64,000 nucleotides of DNA from Candidatus Lustribacter sp. (GTDB taxonomy: Bacteria; Vulcanimicrobiota; Vulcanimicrobiia; Vulcanimicrobiales; Vulcanimicrobiaceae). The translations under genes and the position numbers were made by a program. Location: positions 4,480,001 to 4,544,000 of the forward strand of contig OZ255842.1 in NCBI GenBank assembly GCA_965277805.1, read 5' to 3'. Shown here piece after piece: positions 38,304-47,989 of this stretch. The notes below the pieces were generated by a model. It was given only the letters and a program-made list of their open reading frames with translations. It was not told the DNA's origin and did no database searches. The number at the start of each line of letters is the position of its first letter. The stretch's first letter is position 1.

Positions 38304-39164
38304 ATGCGCGCCGCGTCAGCCGCCCAGATGGAACGTCGCCCCCTCGGCTCTTCGAAGCAACTCGTGCCGGTCATCGGTCAAGGCACCTGGTATCTCGACC
38401 AGGTCGACCGCCGAGTCGCGATCGCGACGTTGCGCCGCGGCCTCGAGCTGGGAATGACGCACATCGACACCGCCGAGATGTACGGTACCGAAGACATCGT
38501 CGGCGAGGCGATCGCCGGCCGGCGCGACGACGTGTTCCTCGTTTCCAAAGTCCTGCCGGAGCACGCTTCGCTCACGGGCACGATCGTCGCGTGTGAAGCG
38601 TCGCTACGGCGGCTGCGCACGACATATCTCAATGGCTATTTGCTGCACTGGCGGGGCGAGTATCCGCTCGCCGAAACGATTCACGCCTTCGAACAGCTGC
38701 GCCATCAGCAAAAGATTCTGTTCTGGGGCGTGAGCAACTTCGACGTTGCCGACCTGAACGAAGCGCGCGACGCCGCGAGCGGCGTGGGCTTCGTCTGCGA
38801 CCAAGTTCTCTACCATCTCCAACAGCGCGCGATCGAGCACGCCGTCGAGCCCTGGTGCGAACGGCACGACGTTGCCGTCGTCGCGTACAGTCCTTTAGGG
38901 CACGGCCATTTTCCGAGCGACCGCACCACCGGCGGCCGCGTTCTGCGGGAAATCGCGGCCGCCCACGGCGCGACGCCGCGGCAAGCTGCGCTGCGGTTCA
39001 TCGTCCGCCGCCCGTCGACGTTCGCCGTTCCGAAAGCATCGAGCCCGGAGCATGCGGTCGAGAACGCTGGAGCCGGCCGGCTCGTGCTCACCAAGGACGA
39101 GATCGAGCGCATCGATCGGGCCTTTCCGCTCGGTCAACGCCCGCACGTTCTGCCGACACTCTGA
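38304..39164 (+). CDS. Aldo/keto reductase (start 38304 or 38328)
   Basis: IGQGTW, HIDTAEMYG, LVSKV, YLLHW, WGVSNF, AYSPLG, VPKAS. Confidence 0.92.
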   Translation: MRAASAAQMERRPLGSSKQLVPVIGQGTWYLDQVDRRVAIATLRRGLELGMTHIDTAEMYGTEDIVGEAIAGRRDDVFLVSKVLPEHASLTGTIVACEASLRRLRTTYLNGYLLHWRGEYPLAETIHAFEQLRHQQKILFWGVSNFDVADLNEARDAASGVGFVCDQVLYHLQQRAIEHAVEPWCERHDVAVVAYSPLGHGHFPSDRTTGGRVLREIAAAHGATPRQAALRFIVRRPSTFAVPKASSPEHAVENAGAGRLVLTKDEIERIDRAFPLGQRPHVLPTL

Positions 39165-39336
39165 GGGCGCGGCGCGGCTATGACTATTAGCGCTTCAAGT
39201 TTCCAGCTGTCGCAAGGTGGTAGTGCGGTTTACTTTTCCGCCGCCTCCATTCGTGGGACGATCAAGCACCGTGACGAGCGCCCCCGCGCAGCGGGCGTGA
39301 GCGCGCCCGCAAGCGATCACACACACAGGAGATGTC

Positions 39337-41196
39337 ATGGCAGCACCAGTCGTCGGTATCGATCTCGGTACGACCAACTCGGTCATCGCCGCGATGCAGG
39401 GCGGGCAAGCCGAAGTTATTCCCAACGCAGAAGGAAGCCGCACGACGCCGTCCGTCGTTGCCTTTACCAAGACCGGTGAGCGGCTCGTCGGACAGCTCGC
39501 GAAGCGTCAGGCGGTTGTTAATCCCGACCGAACGATCGCTTCAATCAAGCGCCAAATGGGCACCGACCATAAAGTCAAGATCGACGGGCGGGACTACACG
39601 CCCCAAGAGATCTCGGCGATGATTCTCCAGAAGCTCGTAAACGACGCCTCGAACTACCTGGGCGATCGCGTCACCAAAGCCGTCATCACCGTCCCCGCAT
39701 ACTTCAACGATTCGCAGCGCCAAGCGACCAAAGACGCCGGAAGAATCGCCGGCCTGGACGTGCTCCGAATCATCAACGAGCCGACCGCCGCATCGCTGGC
39801 GTACGGTCTCGACAAGAAGGAGCACGAGACGATCCTCGTGTGGGATTTAGGCGGCGGAACGTTCGACGTCTCGGTTCTCGAAGTCGGTGACGGCGTGTTC
39901 GAAGTGAAGGCGACGAACGGCGATACGCATCTCGGCGGCGACGACTACGACGCTCGCATCGTTAATTGGCTGGTCGCGGAATACCGCAAAGACCAAGGGA
40001 TCGACCTGAGCAACGACAAGCAGGCGCTGCAACGTCTGACCGAGGCGGCGGAGAAGGCCAAGGTCGAACTCTCGAGCGTCGTGCAGACGTCGATCAATTT
40101 GCCGTTCATAACGGCGGATCAGAGCGGCCCCAAACACCTCGAATATACGCTTACCCGGGCCAAGTTCGAAGAGCTCACGCACGATCTCACCGAGCGGACG
40201 ATTGGGCCGTTCCGGCAGGCGCTGGCGGACGCGGAGATCGATCTGTCGGCGCTCAACGAAGTGATCCTCGTCGGTGGTGCGACGCGCATGCCGGCGATCC
40301 AAAGCCTCGTCCGCAAATTGACGAACAAGGACCCAAACCAATCGGTGAACCCCGACGAAGTCGTCGCAGTCGGGGCGGCGATCCAGGCCGGGATCCTTTC
40401 GGGCGAAGTCAAGGACGTCGTGCTGCTCGATGTCACGCCACTCTCACTCGGTATCGAGACCATGGGCGGCGTGACGCAGAAGATGATCGAGCGCAACACG
40501 ACGATCCCCACGCGAAAGTCGGAGATCTTTACGACCGCGGCAGACGGCCAAACCGCCGTCGACATCCACGTCGTGCAGGGTGAGCGCGAAATGGCGGCTG
40601 ACAACAAAACGCTGGCGCGCTTTCGCCTCGAAGGCATTCCACCCGCGCCGCGCGGCACACCGCAGATCGAGGTGACGTTCGACATCGATGCCAACGGCAT
40701 CGTGAGCGTTACCGCGAAGGATCTCGGTACCGGCAAGGAACAGCAAGTCACGATCACGGCCACGAGCAATCTCACCAAGGATGAGATCGAGCGCATGGTG
40801 CGCGATGCGGAGGCGCATGCCGCCGAAGACCGCCGCAAGCGCGAAGAAGCCGAAATTCGCAACGCTGCATCGAGTACGATCTACACCACCGAATCGGCAC
40901 TCAAAGACAACGGCGACAAGGTCGAGGCGGGCGTACGCGCACCCGTTGAGAACGCGCTCGCCGAGCTCAAGCGCCTATCGGAAAACGGCACGGCGGCGGA
41001 GATCAAGTCGGCGACGGAGCGGATGGACCAAGCTGCGCAGCGATTTGGCGAGGCAGTCGCACAAACGGCCGCTAGCGGAGCGCGATCAAACGGAGCGGGG
41101 GGCAATGGGCATTCGTCGACCGGCGGAGCGGGAGCGGGTGCGGGTGCAGGGTCTCGCGGCGAAGACGTGATCGACGCCGAATTCAAAGAGACGTAA
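39337..41196 (+). CDS. dnaK: Molecular chaperone DnaK (Hsp70)
   Basis: [69 protein letters not shown]. Confidence 0.98.
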   Translation: MAAPVVGIDLGTTNSVIAAMQGGQAEVIPNAEGSRTTPSVVAFTKTGERLVGQLAKRQAVVNPDRTIASIKRQMGTDHKVKIDGRDYTPQEISAMILQKLVNDASNYLGDRVTKAVITVPAYFNDSQRQATKDAGRIAGLDVLRIINEPTAASLAYGLDKKEHETILVWDLGGGTFDVSVLEVGDGVFEVKATNGDTHLGGDDYDARIVNWLVAEYRKDQGIDLSNDKQALQRLTEAAEKAKVELSSVVQTSINLPFITADQSGPKHLEYTLTRAKFEELTHDLTERTIGPFRQALADAEIDLSALNEVILVGGATRMPAIQSLVRKLTNKDPNQSVNPDEVVAVGAAIQAGILSGEVKDVVLLDVTPLSLGIETMGGVTQKMIERNTTIPTRKSEIFTTAADGQTAVDIHVVQGEREMAADNKTLARFRLEGIPPAPRGTPQIEVTFDIDANGIVSVTAKDLGTGKEQQVTITATSNLTKDEIERMVRDAEAHAAEDRRKREEAEIRNAASSTIYTTESALKDNGDKVEAGVRAPVENALAELKRLSENGTAAEIKSATERMDQAAQRFGEAVAQTAASGARSNGAGGNGHSSTGGAGAGAGAGSRGEDVIDAEFKET

Positions 41197-41205
41197 CGCA
41201 CGAAC

Positions 41206-41652
41206 ATGGAATCGGAATCGGACTCGAGATCGGAGCCGGAGTCGGACTTCCGCGCGAAATATCTCTTTGCGGCGGCGGAACTCGAGAACACGAAAAAGCG
41301 AGAACGCCGCCGTGCCGACGAGTTCGCGCGCGCAATGAAGAAGCGCGTGCTCCTACGGTTCTTGCCGGTCCTAGATAATCTCGAGCGGGCCGTCGCTCAC
41401 CAGGACTCGGAGGCGATGCGCGCAGGTTTGGCGGCGACGTTGCGCGGTTTCGAGTCGGCCCTCGCGAGCGAGGGCGTTGCGCCGATCCTCACGACCGGAC
41501 AGCGCTTCGATCCCAACCTAGCCCAAGCTGTGGGCACGCAACAGGCGGAGGGCGTCGAGGACGACACGGTGCTGGCCGAAACGCAACGGGGCTACCTCGT
41601 CGACGAGGAGTTGTTGCGTCCCGCGCTCGTCATCGTCGCAAAGAATGCGTAG
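41206..41652 (+). CDS. grpE: Nucleotide exchange factor GrpE (short form)
   Basis: AELENTKKR, LPVLDNLERA, FDPNLAQAV, QRGY...LLRPALVIVAK. Confidence 0.93.
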   Translation: MESESDSRSEPESDFRAKYLFAAAELENTKKRERRRADEFARAMKKRVLLRFLPVLDNLERAVAHQDSEAMRAGLAATLRGFESALASEGVAPILTTGQRFDPNLAQAVGTQQAEGVEDDTVLAETQRGYLVDEELLRPALVIVAKNA

Positions 41653-41661
41653 CGCGAATCG

Positions 41662-42666
41662 ATGGCGGTCGCGTATAAGGACTATTATGAAACGCTCGGC
41701 GTTCCGAAAACGGCAACTGAGAAAGAGATCAAGTCGGCATATCGTAAGCTAGCGCGAAAGTGGCACCCCGACGCGAATCCAAAAGACCCCAAGGCGGCCG
41801 AGGAAAAATTTAAGGAGCTTCAGGAAGCAAACGAAGTCCTAAGCGATCCGGAAAAGCGCCGTAAGTACGATGCACTCGGCAGCGACTGGGCGAGCGCGTC
41901 CCGGCAAGCCGACGAACAGCGGCAGCACCGGTCGGAACGAGGACGCACGGTCGACTTCGGCGACCTCGAAGCGGAGTTCGGTGCAAACGGGTTTTCCGAT
42001 TTCTTCGACAGTTTCTTTTCGCAGGTCGGCCGGCGCGGATCGGCGGCCACCGACGTGCCGCAGCGCGGACGCGACATCGAAGGCTCGATCGAGTTGAGCC
42101 TCCGCGATGCGTACAACGGCGGCCCGAAGGCCGTCACGCTTCAGGTCGAAGACACCTGCCCTCAGTGCGGCGGAACAGGCATCCTCGACGGCCGGATCTG
42201 TCCGACCTGTCACGGCACCGGTCGCGTTACGACGACCAAGACCTTCGAGGTAAGGATACCGGCTGGGATTCGGGATGGTCAAACGATACGGCTCGCCGGG
42301 CAGGGCGGAAAAGGCAGCAACGGCGGTCCGGCTGGAGATTTGTATATGCGGGTCGTGCTGCAAGACGACGACACGTTCGAGCGGGACGGCGATGATGTCT
42401 ACGTCGATTTCCCAGTGAGCATGTACACGCTCATCCTCGGAGGTCAGGTTCGCGTACCAACGCTGTCCGGAGCGGCGACGATGAAAATACCGCCCGAAAC
42501 GCAGAACGAGCGACTTATGCGGCTGCGCGGCAAAGGGATGCCCCACGCCGGGGGCGGCCACGGCGACGAGTACGTGCGACTCGTAGCGCTGCTACCGCAG
42601 AGACTGAACGAGCACGAACGCGAGATGTTCGAAGAACTTGCAGCGCAATACCCCGTCCCGGCCTGA
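41662..42666 (+). CDS. dnaJ: DnaJ/CbpA-like co-chaperone with J domain and two CxxCxGxG motifs
   Basis: [12 protein letters not shown] motif, [29 protein letters not shown]. Confidence 0.85.
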   Translation: MAVAYKDYYETLGVPKTATEKEIKSAYRKLARKWHPDANPKDPKAAEEKFKELQEANEVLSDPEKRRKYDALGSDWASASRQADEQRQHRSERGRTVDFGDLEAEFGANGFSDFFDSFFSQVGRRGSAATDVPQRGRDIEGSIELSLRDAYNGGPKAVTLQVEDTCPQCGGTGILDGRICPTCHGTGRVTTTKTFEVRIPAGIRDGQTIRLAGQGGKGSNGGPAGDLYMRVVLQDDDTFERDGDDVYVDFPVSMYTLILGGQVRVPTLSGAATMKIPPETQNERLMRLRGKGMPHAGGGHGDEYVRLVALLPQRLNEHEREMFEELAAQYPVPA

Positions 42667-42687
42667 CGATTACGTTTCCGTCTGCGT

Positions 42688-42995
42688 CAAGTCACCTCGG
42701 CGGCCATTCTCGCCCGCCGCAACCGAGTGGTCCGGCTCCGAGCCGAGAACGCGTAACGAGATTTTCAACATCACGAACGGCGACTATTTTCGCTGGCAGC
42801 AACGGCTTGTTGCCGATCCCGTACGCTCAGGTCGCGTCATGGGCGTTCGGCGACTTCATCTTCCACAGCGGCTTCGACAACATCAGCAGCACGATCAAGG
42901 CGCGCCGCGCCGGCTTCCACGATTGCATCGATACCGAGGAAATGTTTCGCCGCTTCTTCGACCAGCTTCGTGGACGCAAGATCATCCCCGCCTAG
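42688..42995 (+). pseudogene. C-terminal remnant of an atypical SDR (progesterone 5-beta-reductase/PRISE-like)
   Basis: Pieces in different frames: QVTSAAILAR / ATEWSGSEPRTRNEIFNITNGDYFRWQ / NGLLPIPYAQVASWAFGDFIF...SSTIKARRAGFHDCIDTEEMF...RKIIP; frameshifts and an internal deletion. Confidence 0.7.
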
Positions 42996-43002
42996 CTGGA
43001 AC

Positions 43003-43594
43003 TGCTTTGGGACGGTCTGGAAGCGCGCAAAAGGGGAGTATGATGCAACTCGATGCAAGCTGGGTCGGCGCGATCGCGTCGGTCGCCTCAGCCTTTGTTG
43101 TCGCGATCGCCGCCGTTGCGGCAGTCGCGCAAATTCGCTATATCCGTTCCTCAAACGAGATTACGGTGTTTCTCCGAATGATCGAACGCGTGGATTCTCC
43201 CGAATTCACCGATGCGTTCGCGGCGATCGGACCGTTGCGGCAGCGAATGGCAATCGATACCGGCCTGCGGCAACGGCTTTCAAACGACGAGCGCGTCGAA
43301 GAATTTCGCGACATCGGCGTGTTGTTGCAATTTATGGAACATCTCGGGACGCTCGTTGTAACGGGCCACATTTCGGAGGGTCTCGTGCTCGCGGAATATG
43401 CGGACAACATCGATGAATTATGGGACCGGTTGGGCGAGATGGTGTACCTGCGGCGTCAGGCGCGCGGGCCTTTCGTGGGCGTAGCCTTCGAGCATCTCGC
43501 TATGCGCGCGCGGCAATTCATAAAGGAGGGCCATATGGCGCAACTATACGGGCGTCTTAAGAAAGACCCGCAGCACGCCGCATTCAACAACTAA
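43003..43594 (+). repeat. Direct repeat copy 2 (pairs with 37221-37739)
   Basis: Matches copy 1 except for the two indels in the coding part, one upstream G and scattered substitutions. Confidence 0.95.
43040..43594 (+). CDS. Membrane-anchored hypothetical protein, DUF4760-like
   Basis: N-terminal TM (AIASVASAFVVAIAAVAAVAQIR); LQFMEHLGTLV..GHISE; FEHLA; 184 aa. Confidence 0.7.
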   Translation: MMQLDASWVGAIASVASAFVVAIAAVAAVAQIRYIRSSNEITVFLRMIERVDSPEFTDAFAAIGPLRQRMAIDTGLRQRLSNDERVEEFRDIGVLLQFMEHLGTLVVTGHISEGLVLAEYADNIDELWDRLGEMVYLRRQARGPFVGVAFEHLAMRARQFIKEGHMAQLYGRLKKDPQHAAFNN

Positions 43595-43675
43595 GTGTAT
43601 CCAACAGCTGCGACTTCCAGAATAATGGTGCCGCCGGTGCATGTTCGATAAAACCCCGCCGCCAATGGGGAGCTG

Positions 43676-44263
43676 ATGTCACGGCTCGAGATTCCGTCCC
43701 CGGCGGCGCTTTTGCAGTACGCTCAGCGTGCTCGACTCGGATCATTCGAAGCGCCGCCGATCGATCGGATAGTGCGGCCGGGGCCAGGTCAGGAATCCGT
43801 ATGGGACTTTCCGCGACCGCCCCGGGTCGAACCAGTGCATTCACGAGTGCGTGTCGTCGCGCTCGGAACAACAATCGCGGAATCGACCAGTGCGATACGC
43901 ATCGTCGAAACGGCCGGCGCGCCGTGCTATTATCTCCCACCGGGTGATTGCATGAGTGGAGCGCTCGTCAAGACGGACGAGTGGACGGTTTGTGAATGGA
44001 AGGGCATCGCGTTCGCATACGATATCGTAATTGATGGCGAGAGGTTGCGAAGCGCAGCGTGGGCCTATCCTGACCCTCTGACGGATCTGGGTGCGGGTTA
44101 CGAACGCATCGCGGGGTATTTCGCGTTTTACGCAGCGCGCGTCGATGCTTGTTTTGTCGGCGATGAGCGCGTACGACCGCAGGGCGGTGGATTTTACGGC
44201 GGTTGGATTACCTCAAACCTTACGGGCCCCATCAAAGGCGATCCCGGATCAGGCAATTGGTAA
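43676..44263 (+). CDS. DUF427 (nucleotidyltransferase-like) protein
   Basis: QESVWDFPRPP, ET.G.PCYYLP, CEWKG, AWAYPDP, GGFYGGWIT..LTGPIKG.PG. Confidence 0.88.
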   Translation: MSRLEIPSPAALLQYAQRARLGSFEAPPIDRIVRPGPGQESVWDFPRPPRVEPVHSRVRVVALGTTIAESTSAIRIVETAGAPCYYLPPGDCMSGALVKTDEWTVCEWKGIAFAYDIVIDGERLRSAAWAYPDPLTDLGAGYERIAGYFAFYAARVDACFVGDERVRPQGGGFYGGWITSNLTGPIKGDPGSGNW

Positions 44264-44710
44264 AGGCAACTCCCGCTACACGAGCGACGCTTAGGTCATA
44301 GTACGTGACCTAAGCACCAATCTTGTGGTTGTAATCGCGAGCGTTTTCTTCCTCGACAGCATCCAGCAGCGATTTGTGGAAGCACTTGCGGTAGCGTTCG
44401 ATATGAAACCATGCGAGGCTGGTAACTTCTTCGCTGTTGTGCGTGTAGATGGCACGACGCGCGAAGAACACCGTGCGCGCGTTTATTACGGCCGCACCCG
44501 CTGGGCTAATCGTGGCGCGCGACGGCAGCGGCACGTTGGCAAACAACACCGCGTGCCTTCGGCCTAACGGAAGCGTTAACTCCACCTTCTGAGGTGGATC
44601 GAGCTGCCAGAATAGCACGCGTTACCCGGCCGACGTTATCGCACCGTCGAGCGCGGGTTCGCAGAGCGCTAGGAAGGCGCCGAAGCGGCATTGCCGACAC
44701 GGCCGTAGCT

Positions 44711-45379
44711 TCACGAAGGCAGTTTCGTCCCGGCCTGCTCAGCTGCCATATACTCGCCGTACCAGTCGGGCCAGTTGGCGTCAGCCTTCCCTAGGCGCTT
44801 CTCGTGTTCCCCATGAGCGACCGCCGCACGCCGCATGGCGTTCGCGAGATCCGGGGCAGATGCGTACGTGGTCGCATTCGGATCTATCCGGCCCGGCAAC
44901 CGCGTCGTCACCTCCTGGCAAAGCCACCCATTGCCGTCTGGATCGCTGAATGACGCGAAAGAGCCGTAGCTGGCGTGATTGGGCGCGGGCCCTTCGACGC
45001 GACCGGCGGCGTCGTCGGGCTGAAACTGTGCGCCGGGCGTTCCCGCGTGAAACGCAATGCTGACCGCGACGCCACGGGCGGCGAGATCATTACGCGCGGC
45101 CATAATATCGGACACGGCCAAGTAAAGACCACGCGCGGAACCCGGTTCGGCCGACGTGATGTTCGTACCGAATTGTACAGAGCACGCCGACCCAGGTGGC
45201 GTAAACTGCACGACGCGGAATCCGTTGTCGAAGGAGAAGTCGGCGTCGAGGCGCCATCCGAGGCTGGCGTAAAACCTCTTCGCGCGGTCGACATCGGAGA
45301 CAGAGATAACGATCGCCTCGAGCTTCATATTGATCTTCGCTACATTCGCGTCAAGAGCGCTGGCTTCGTCGGCTTTCAT
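44711..45379 (-). CDS. VOC/glyoxalase-family protein
   Basis: KLEAIVISVSDVDRAKRFY, RVVQFTPPGS, SFSDPDGNGW; AGGAG SD. Confidence 0.9.
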   Translation of the reverse strand: MKADEASALDANVAKINMKLEAIVISVSDVDRAKRFYASLGWRLDADFSFDNGFRVVQFTPPGSACSVQFGTNITSAEPGSARGLYLAVSDIMAARNDLAARGVAVSIAFHAGTPGAQFQPDDAAGRVEGPAPNHASYGSFASFSDPDGNGWLCQEVTTRLPGRIDPNATTYASAPDLANAMRRAAVAHGEHEKRLGKADANWPDWYGEYMAAEQAGTKLPS

Positions 45380-45491
45380 GGTTTACTCCTGAAGATGAGT
45401 CACGTGGTATGGCGAGATGATGGTGGGCTATATGCGACACTCGCTGGCATCAAACCGAAATCTGACTTTCAGCGAGCGTCCGCTGCATGCG

Positions 45492-45863
45492 CTACGCGGC
45501 CCTCGCCGTTTCATGGCGGCACGTGTCGAAATATATTTCGGGGATAGCTAGTTGATAGATCGTCATTGCCTCTTTTGCGCTAAGCCGTAATGCAACGATT
45601 AGACGAGACACGAAGCGAGGAGAAACTCGCACAGGACGCCCGCATTCAAGCCAGCGGTACCACTCGACGGAGACTCCGGCGAGTTCCGCTACTTCGCCAC
45701 GCCGCAAACCCGGGACGCGGCGCCGATTCGTGGGCGGCAAGCCGACGTCGCTCGGGTTAAGGCGAGAACGGCTACTCAAGAGAAACTCACGCAACTCTCG
45801 CCGGCGTTCGCTGTCAGCTTCCTCCAGGTTGGAGTCAAGATTAGCGCAATGCACGAAACGCAT
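45492..45863 (-). CDS. Short XRE HTH protein (MmyB-like N-terminal domain only); start uncertain
   Basis: RRELREFL..RSRLNP..VGLP..RRRVPGLRRGEVAELAGVSVEWYRWLE. Confidence 0.75.
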   Translation of the reverse strand: MRFVHCANLDSNLEEADSERRRELREFLLSSRSRLNPSDVGLPPTNRRRVPGLRRGEVAELAGVSVEWYRWLECGRPVRVSPRFVSRLIVALRLSAKEAMTIYQLAIPEIYFDTCRHETARAA

Positions 45864-47052
45864 CCCGAATCTCAGCCGAAAGGATCGCCGGCTGTTCCCA
45901 GGCGGCAAAGTGGCCCCCCCTATCTACCTCGTTCCAATGGATGAGCTTGTGGTAGTTGCGTTCGCCCCAGCTGCGCGGCGCACGGTAAATCTCGCCCGGA
46001 AAGACCGTCACGCCGACAGGGAGCGAGATTTCAATGGCGTTGAACGGGTTGCCGCCGTAAACTTCCCAGTAACTTTGCGACGTGGACGCCGCAGTATTCG
46101 TCAACCAATAGAGCGAGATATCGTCAAGCATTTCGTCTTTGGTGAGCGCACGTTCGGGATCGCCGCCGCTGTACGGTCCAGCGGTAAACCGGTCATAAAT
46201 CCACGCTGCTTGGCCGGTCGGCGAGTCGGCTAAGCCGTAGCTGATGGTTTCCGGACGTGTTCCCATTATCGCCGAGTAGGCGCTACTATGCTTGTAGAAA
46301 GCGTCGAGCGATCTAAACGCAGCCAGTTCCGCGTCGGACAGTCCTGCTGGTGCCGGGTCGCCAACGCTCAGGGCCTTTGCTGCATCCGCGGGGACCGTTG
46401 CCGGCATGTTGACGTGAATCCCCAACAATCCCGCCGGCTGCTGAAGCGCCATGATATGCGATAAAACCGCACCCCAATCGCCACCTTGAGACACATAGCG
46501 CGTGTAGCCAAGCCGCGCCATCAACGTGGCCCAGGCGCTCGCGATTCGCGCTACACCCCAACCCTTCGTTTGCGGTTTCCCAGAAAAGCCGTAGCCCGGA
46601 AGTGAGGGCAGAACCAGATCGAATGCGTCTTCTGCACTTCCGCCATACGCAGTGGGATCGGTGAGTGGGCCGACGATTTTCAACAGTTCGAAGATCGAGC
46701 CGGGCCAACCATGCGTCATGATCAAAGGCAACGCATTCGGATGCTGTGAACGAACGTGCGCGAACTGAATGTCGAGTCCGTCGATCTCCGTCACAAACTG
46801 CGGCAAGGCGTTCAGCTTTGCTTCTCCCCTGCGCCAGTCGTAGTCGCTGCCCCAATAACGCACTAATTCCTGAATCTTTGCAAGTTGCACGCCCTGCGAC
46901 TGATCTGCGACCGTTTCCCTGTCGGGCCAGCGGGTTGCGGCCACTCGCTGGCGCAGATCGATGAGAGCAGCGTCCGGCACGCTGATGCGGAAGGAGCGAA
47001 TCGCGTCCGAAGCACCTATTTCAGCGAATTGCAGATGTTGGTTCAAGAGCAT
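45841..47052 (-). CDS. Epoxide hydrolase (microsomal/EHN type)
   Basis: DLRQRVAATRWP, HGWPGS, PSLPGYGFS, QGGDWG, GGHFAAWEQP. Confidence 0.93.
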   Translation of the reverse strand: MLLNQHLQFAEIGASDAIRSFRISVPDAALIDLRQRVAATRWPDRETVADQSQGVQLAKIQELVRYWGSDYDWRRGEAKLNALPQFVTEIDGLDIQFAHVRSQHPNALPLIMTHGWPGSIFELLKIVGPLTDPTAYGGSAEDAFDLVLPSLPGYGFSGKPQTKGWGVARIASAWATLMARLGYTRYVSQGGDWGAVLSHIMALQQPAGLLGIHVNMPATVPADAAKALSVGDPAPAGLSDAELAAFRSLDAFYKHSSAYSAIMGTRPETISYGLADSPTGQAAWIYDRFTAGPYSGGDPERALTKDEMLDDISLYWLTNTAASTSQSYWEVYGGNPFNAIEISLPVGVTVFPGEIYRAPRSWGERNYHKLIHWNEVDRGGHFAAWEQPAILSAEIRDAFRALR

Positions 47053-47143
47053 TGAGTCCTCCGAGTTCGCGTTGAGGATTCAACTCTATCGTCATCTGCC
47101 GGCTAATGATTGCAGCGATGTTCGCTGAATTGTTGATATGTAT

Positions 47144-47986
47144 TCAATATAACGATCTTGCGGACCATCGCAAGATGCTTGTGCCGAGACGATTGGGGTG
47201 TTTCGCGAGCATAACGCGGATGAGATCTTCTGGACCGTCGGCGTGCCTGTAAGCCATTTCAAAATCTTGAATGTAGGTCTCCGTATCCGTGATCGATTGC
47301 GCGCTATCAACCGCACCTGGACGCTTATGCGACGCCACAACGATGCGCGGGTCGAGGGCCGCAATTTTAGCGAGGCTTGCGAGCCACCCGTGCCACTGCT
47401 CGGGCGTTTTCAGGGCGAGGAAGGGATGCACGTCGTTATAAACTACATCGCCGGCAGCGACCAAATTCATCTCCGGAACATGCAACACCGTCGTGTCTTC
47501 CATGTCGCTCTGCCCAATGGAGATCGGTACTAACACCCGACCTTCGAGTTCGATCGTATCCGTTTCGAGCGCTTCGGCTATTAAGAGTGGGTGCTCGATT
47601 TGACCTGGAAAACGGGTCTCCCACCTTTCCAGGAATACCTTCAGTTGCGCTGCAGCTCGCATCCGTCCGACAACTTCTCTTGTCGCTACGGCGCGCGCTC
47701 CCGGGAAGTGCCTGAGGACGATTGCAAGGCCATAAAAGTGGTCGGCGTGTCCGTGCGTGATATAAATCGTTGTTAGGCGCTTTCCAATCGACTTAATCCA
47801 CTCGCAGAGGTCCTCTACTTCTGTTCTTGTCATAAGCGCATCAACTAATACCGCATCCCGCGCTCCGGAGATAAGTACCGCGGAGGTCGGAGACCAAATG
47901 TACTCATCCGCCGGGTCGCGTGACCCGGCGGCGATGTACGGCTTCCCTGGAGCTACGAACACGTCGGCCCTCAACGAAGCAGACAT
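47144..47986 (-). CDS. MBL-fold metallo-hydrolase
   Basis: AVLVDA, ITHGHADHFYG, AAGDVVYNDVH, VASH. Confidence 0.88.
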   Translation of the reverse strand: MSASLRADVFVAPGKPYIAAGSRDPADEYIWSPTSAVLISGARDAVLVDALMTRTEVEDLCEWIKSIGKRLTTIYITHGHADHFYGLAIVLRHFPGARAVATREVVGRMRAAAQLKVFLERWETRFPGQIEHPLLIAEALETDTIELEGRVLVPISIGQSDMEDTTVLHVPEMNLVAAGDVVYNDVHPFLALKTPEQWHGWLASLAKIAALDPRIVVASHKRPGAVDSAQSITDTETYIQDFEMAYRHADGPEDLIRVMLAKHPNRLGTSILRWSARSLY

Positions 47987-47989
47987 GGA

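Noticed and set aside
39187-39215. TTAGCGCTT upstream of dnaK as a CIRCE element
   Set aside because: Only a partial left arm; no GAGTGCTAA right arm at 9-bp spacing
42638-43039. N-terminal extension of the 318-aa ORF
   Set aside because: Chance read-through across the SDR remnant; the real gene starts at 43040, as shown by its SD and the matching start of the duplicate at 37257
37221-43594. Direct repeats as IS elements of a composite transposon
   Set aside because: The repeats encode a membrane-anchored protein, with no transposase motif or terminal inverted repeats
44310-44618. 102-aa minus-strand ORF
   Set aside because: Looks partly protein-like and may be a gene fragment, but I cannot assign a family or a supported start
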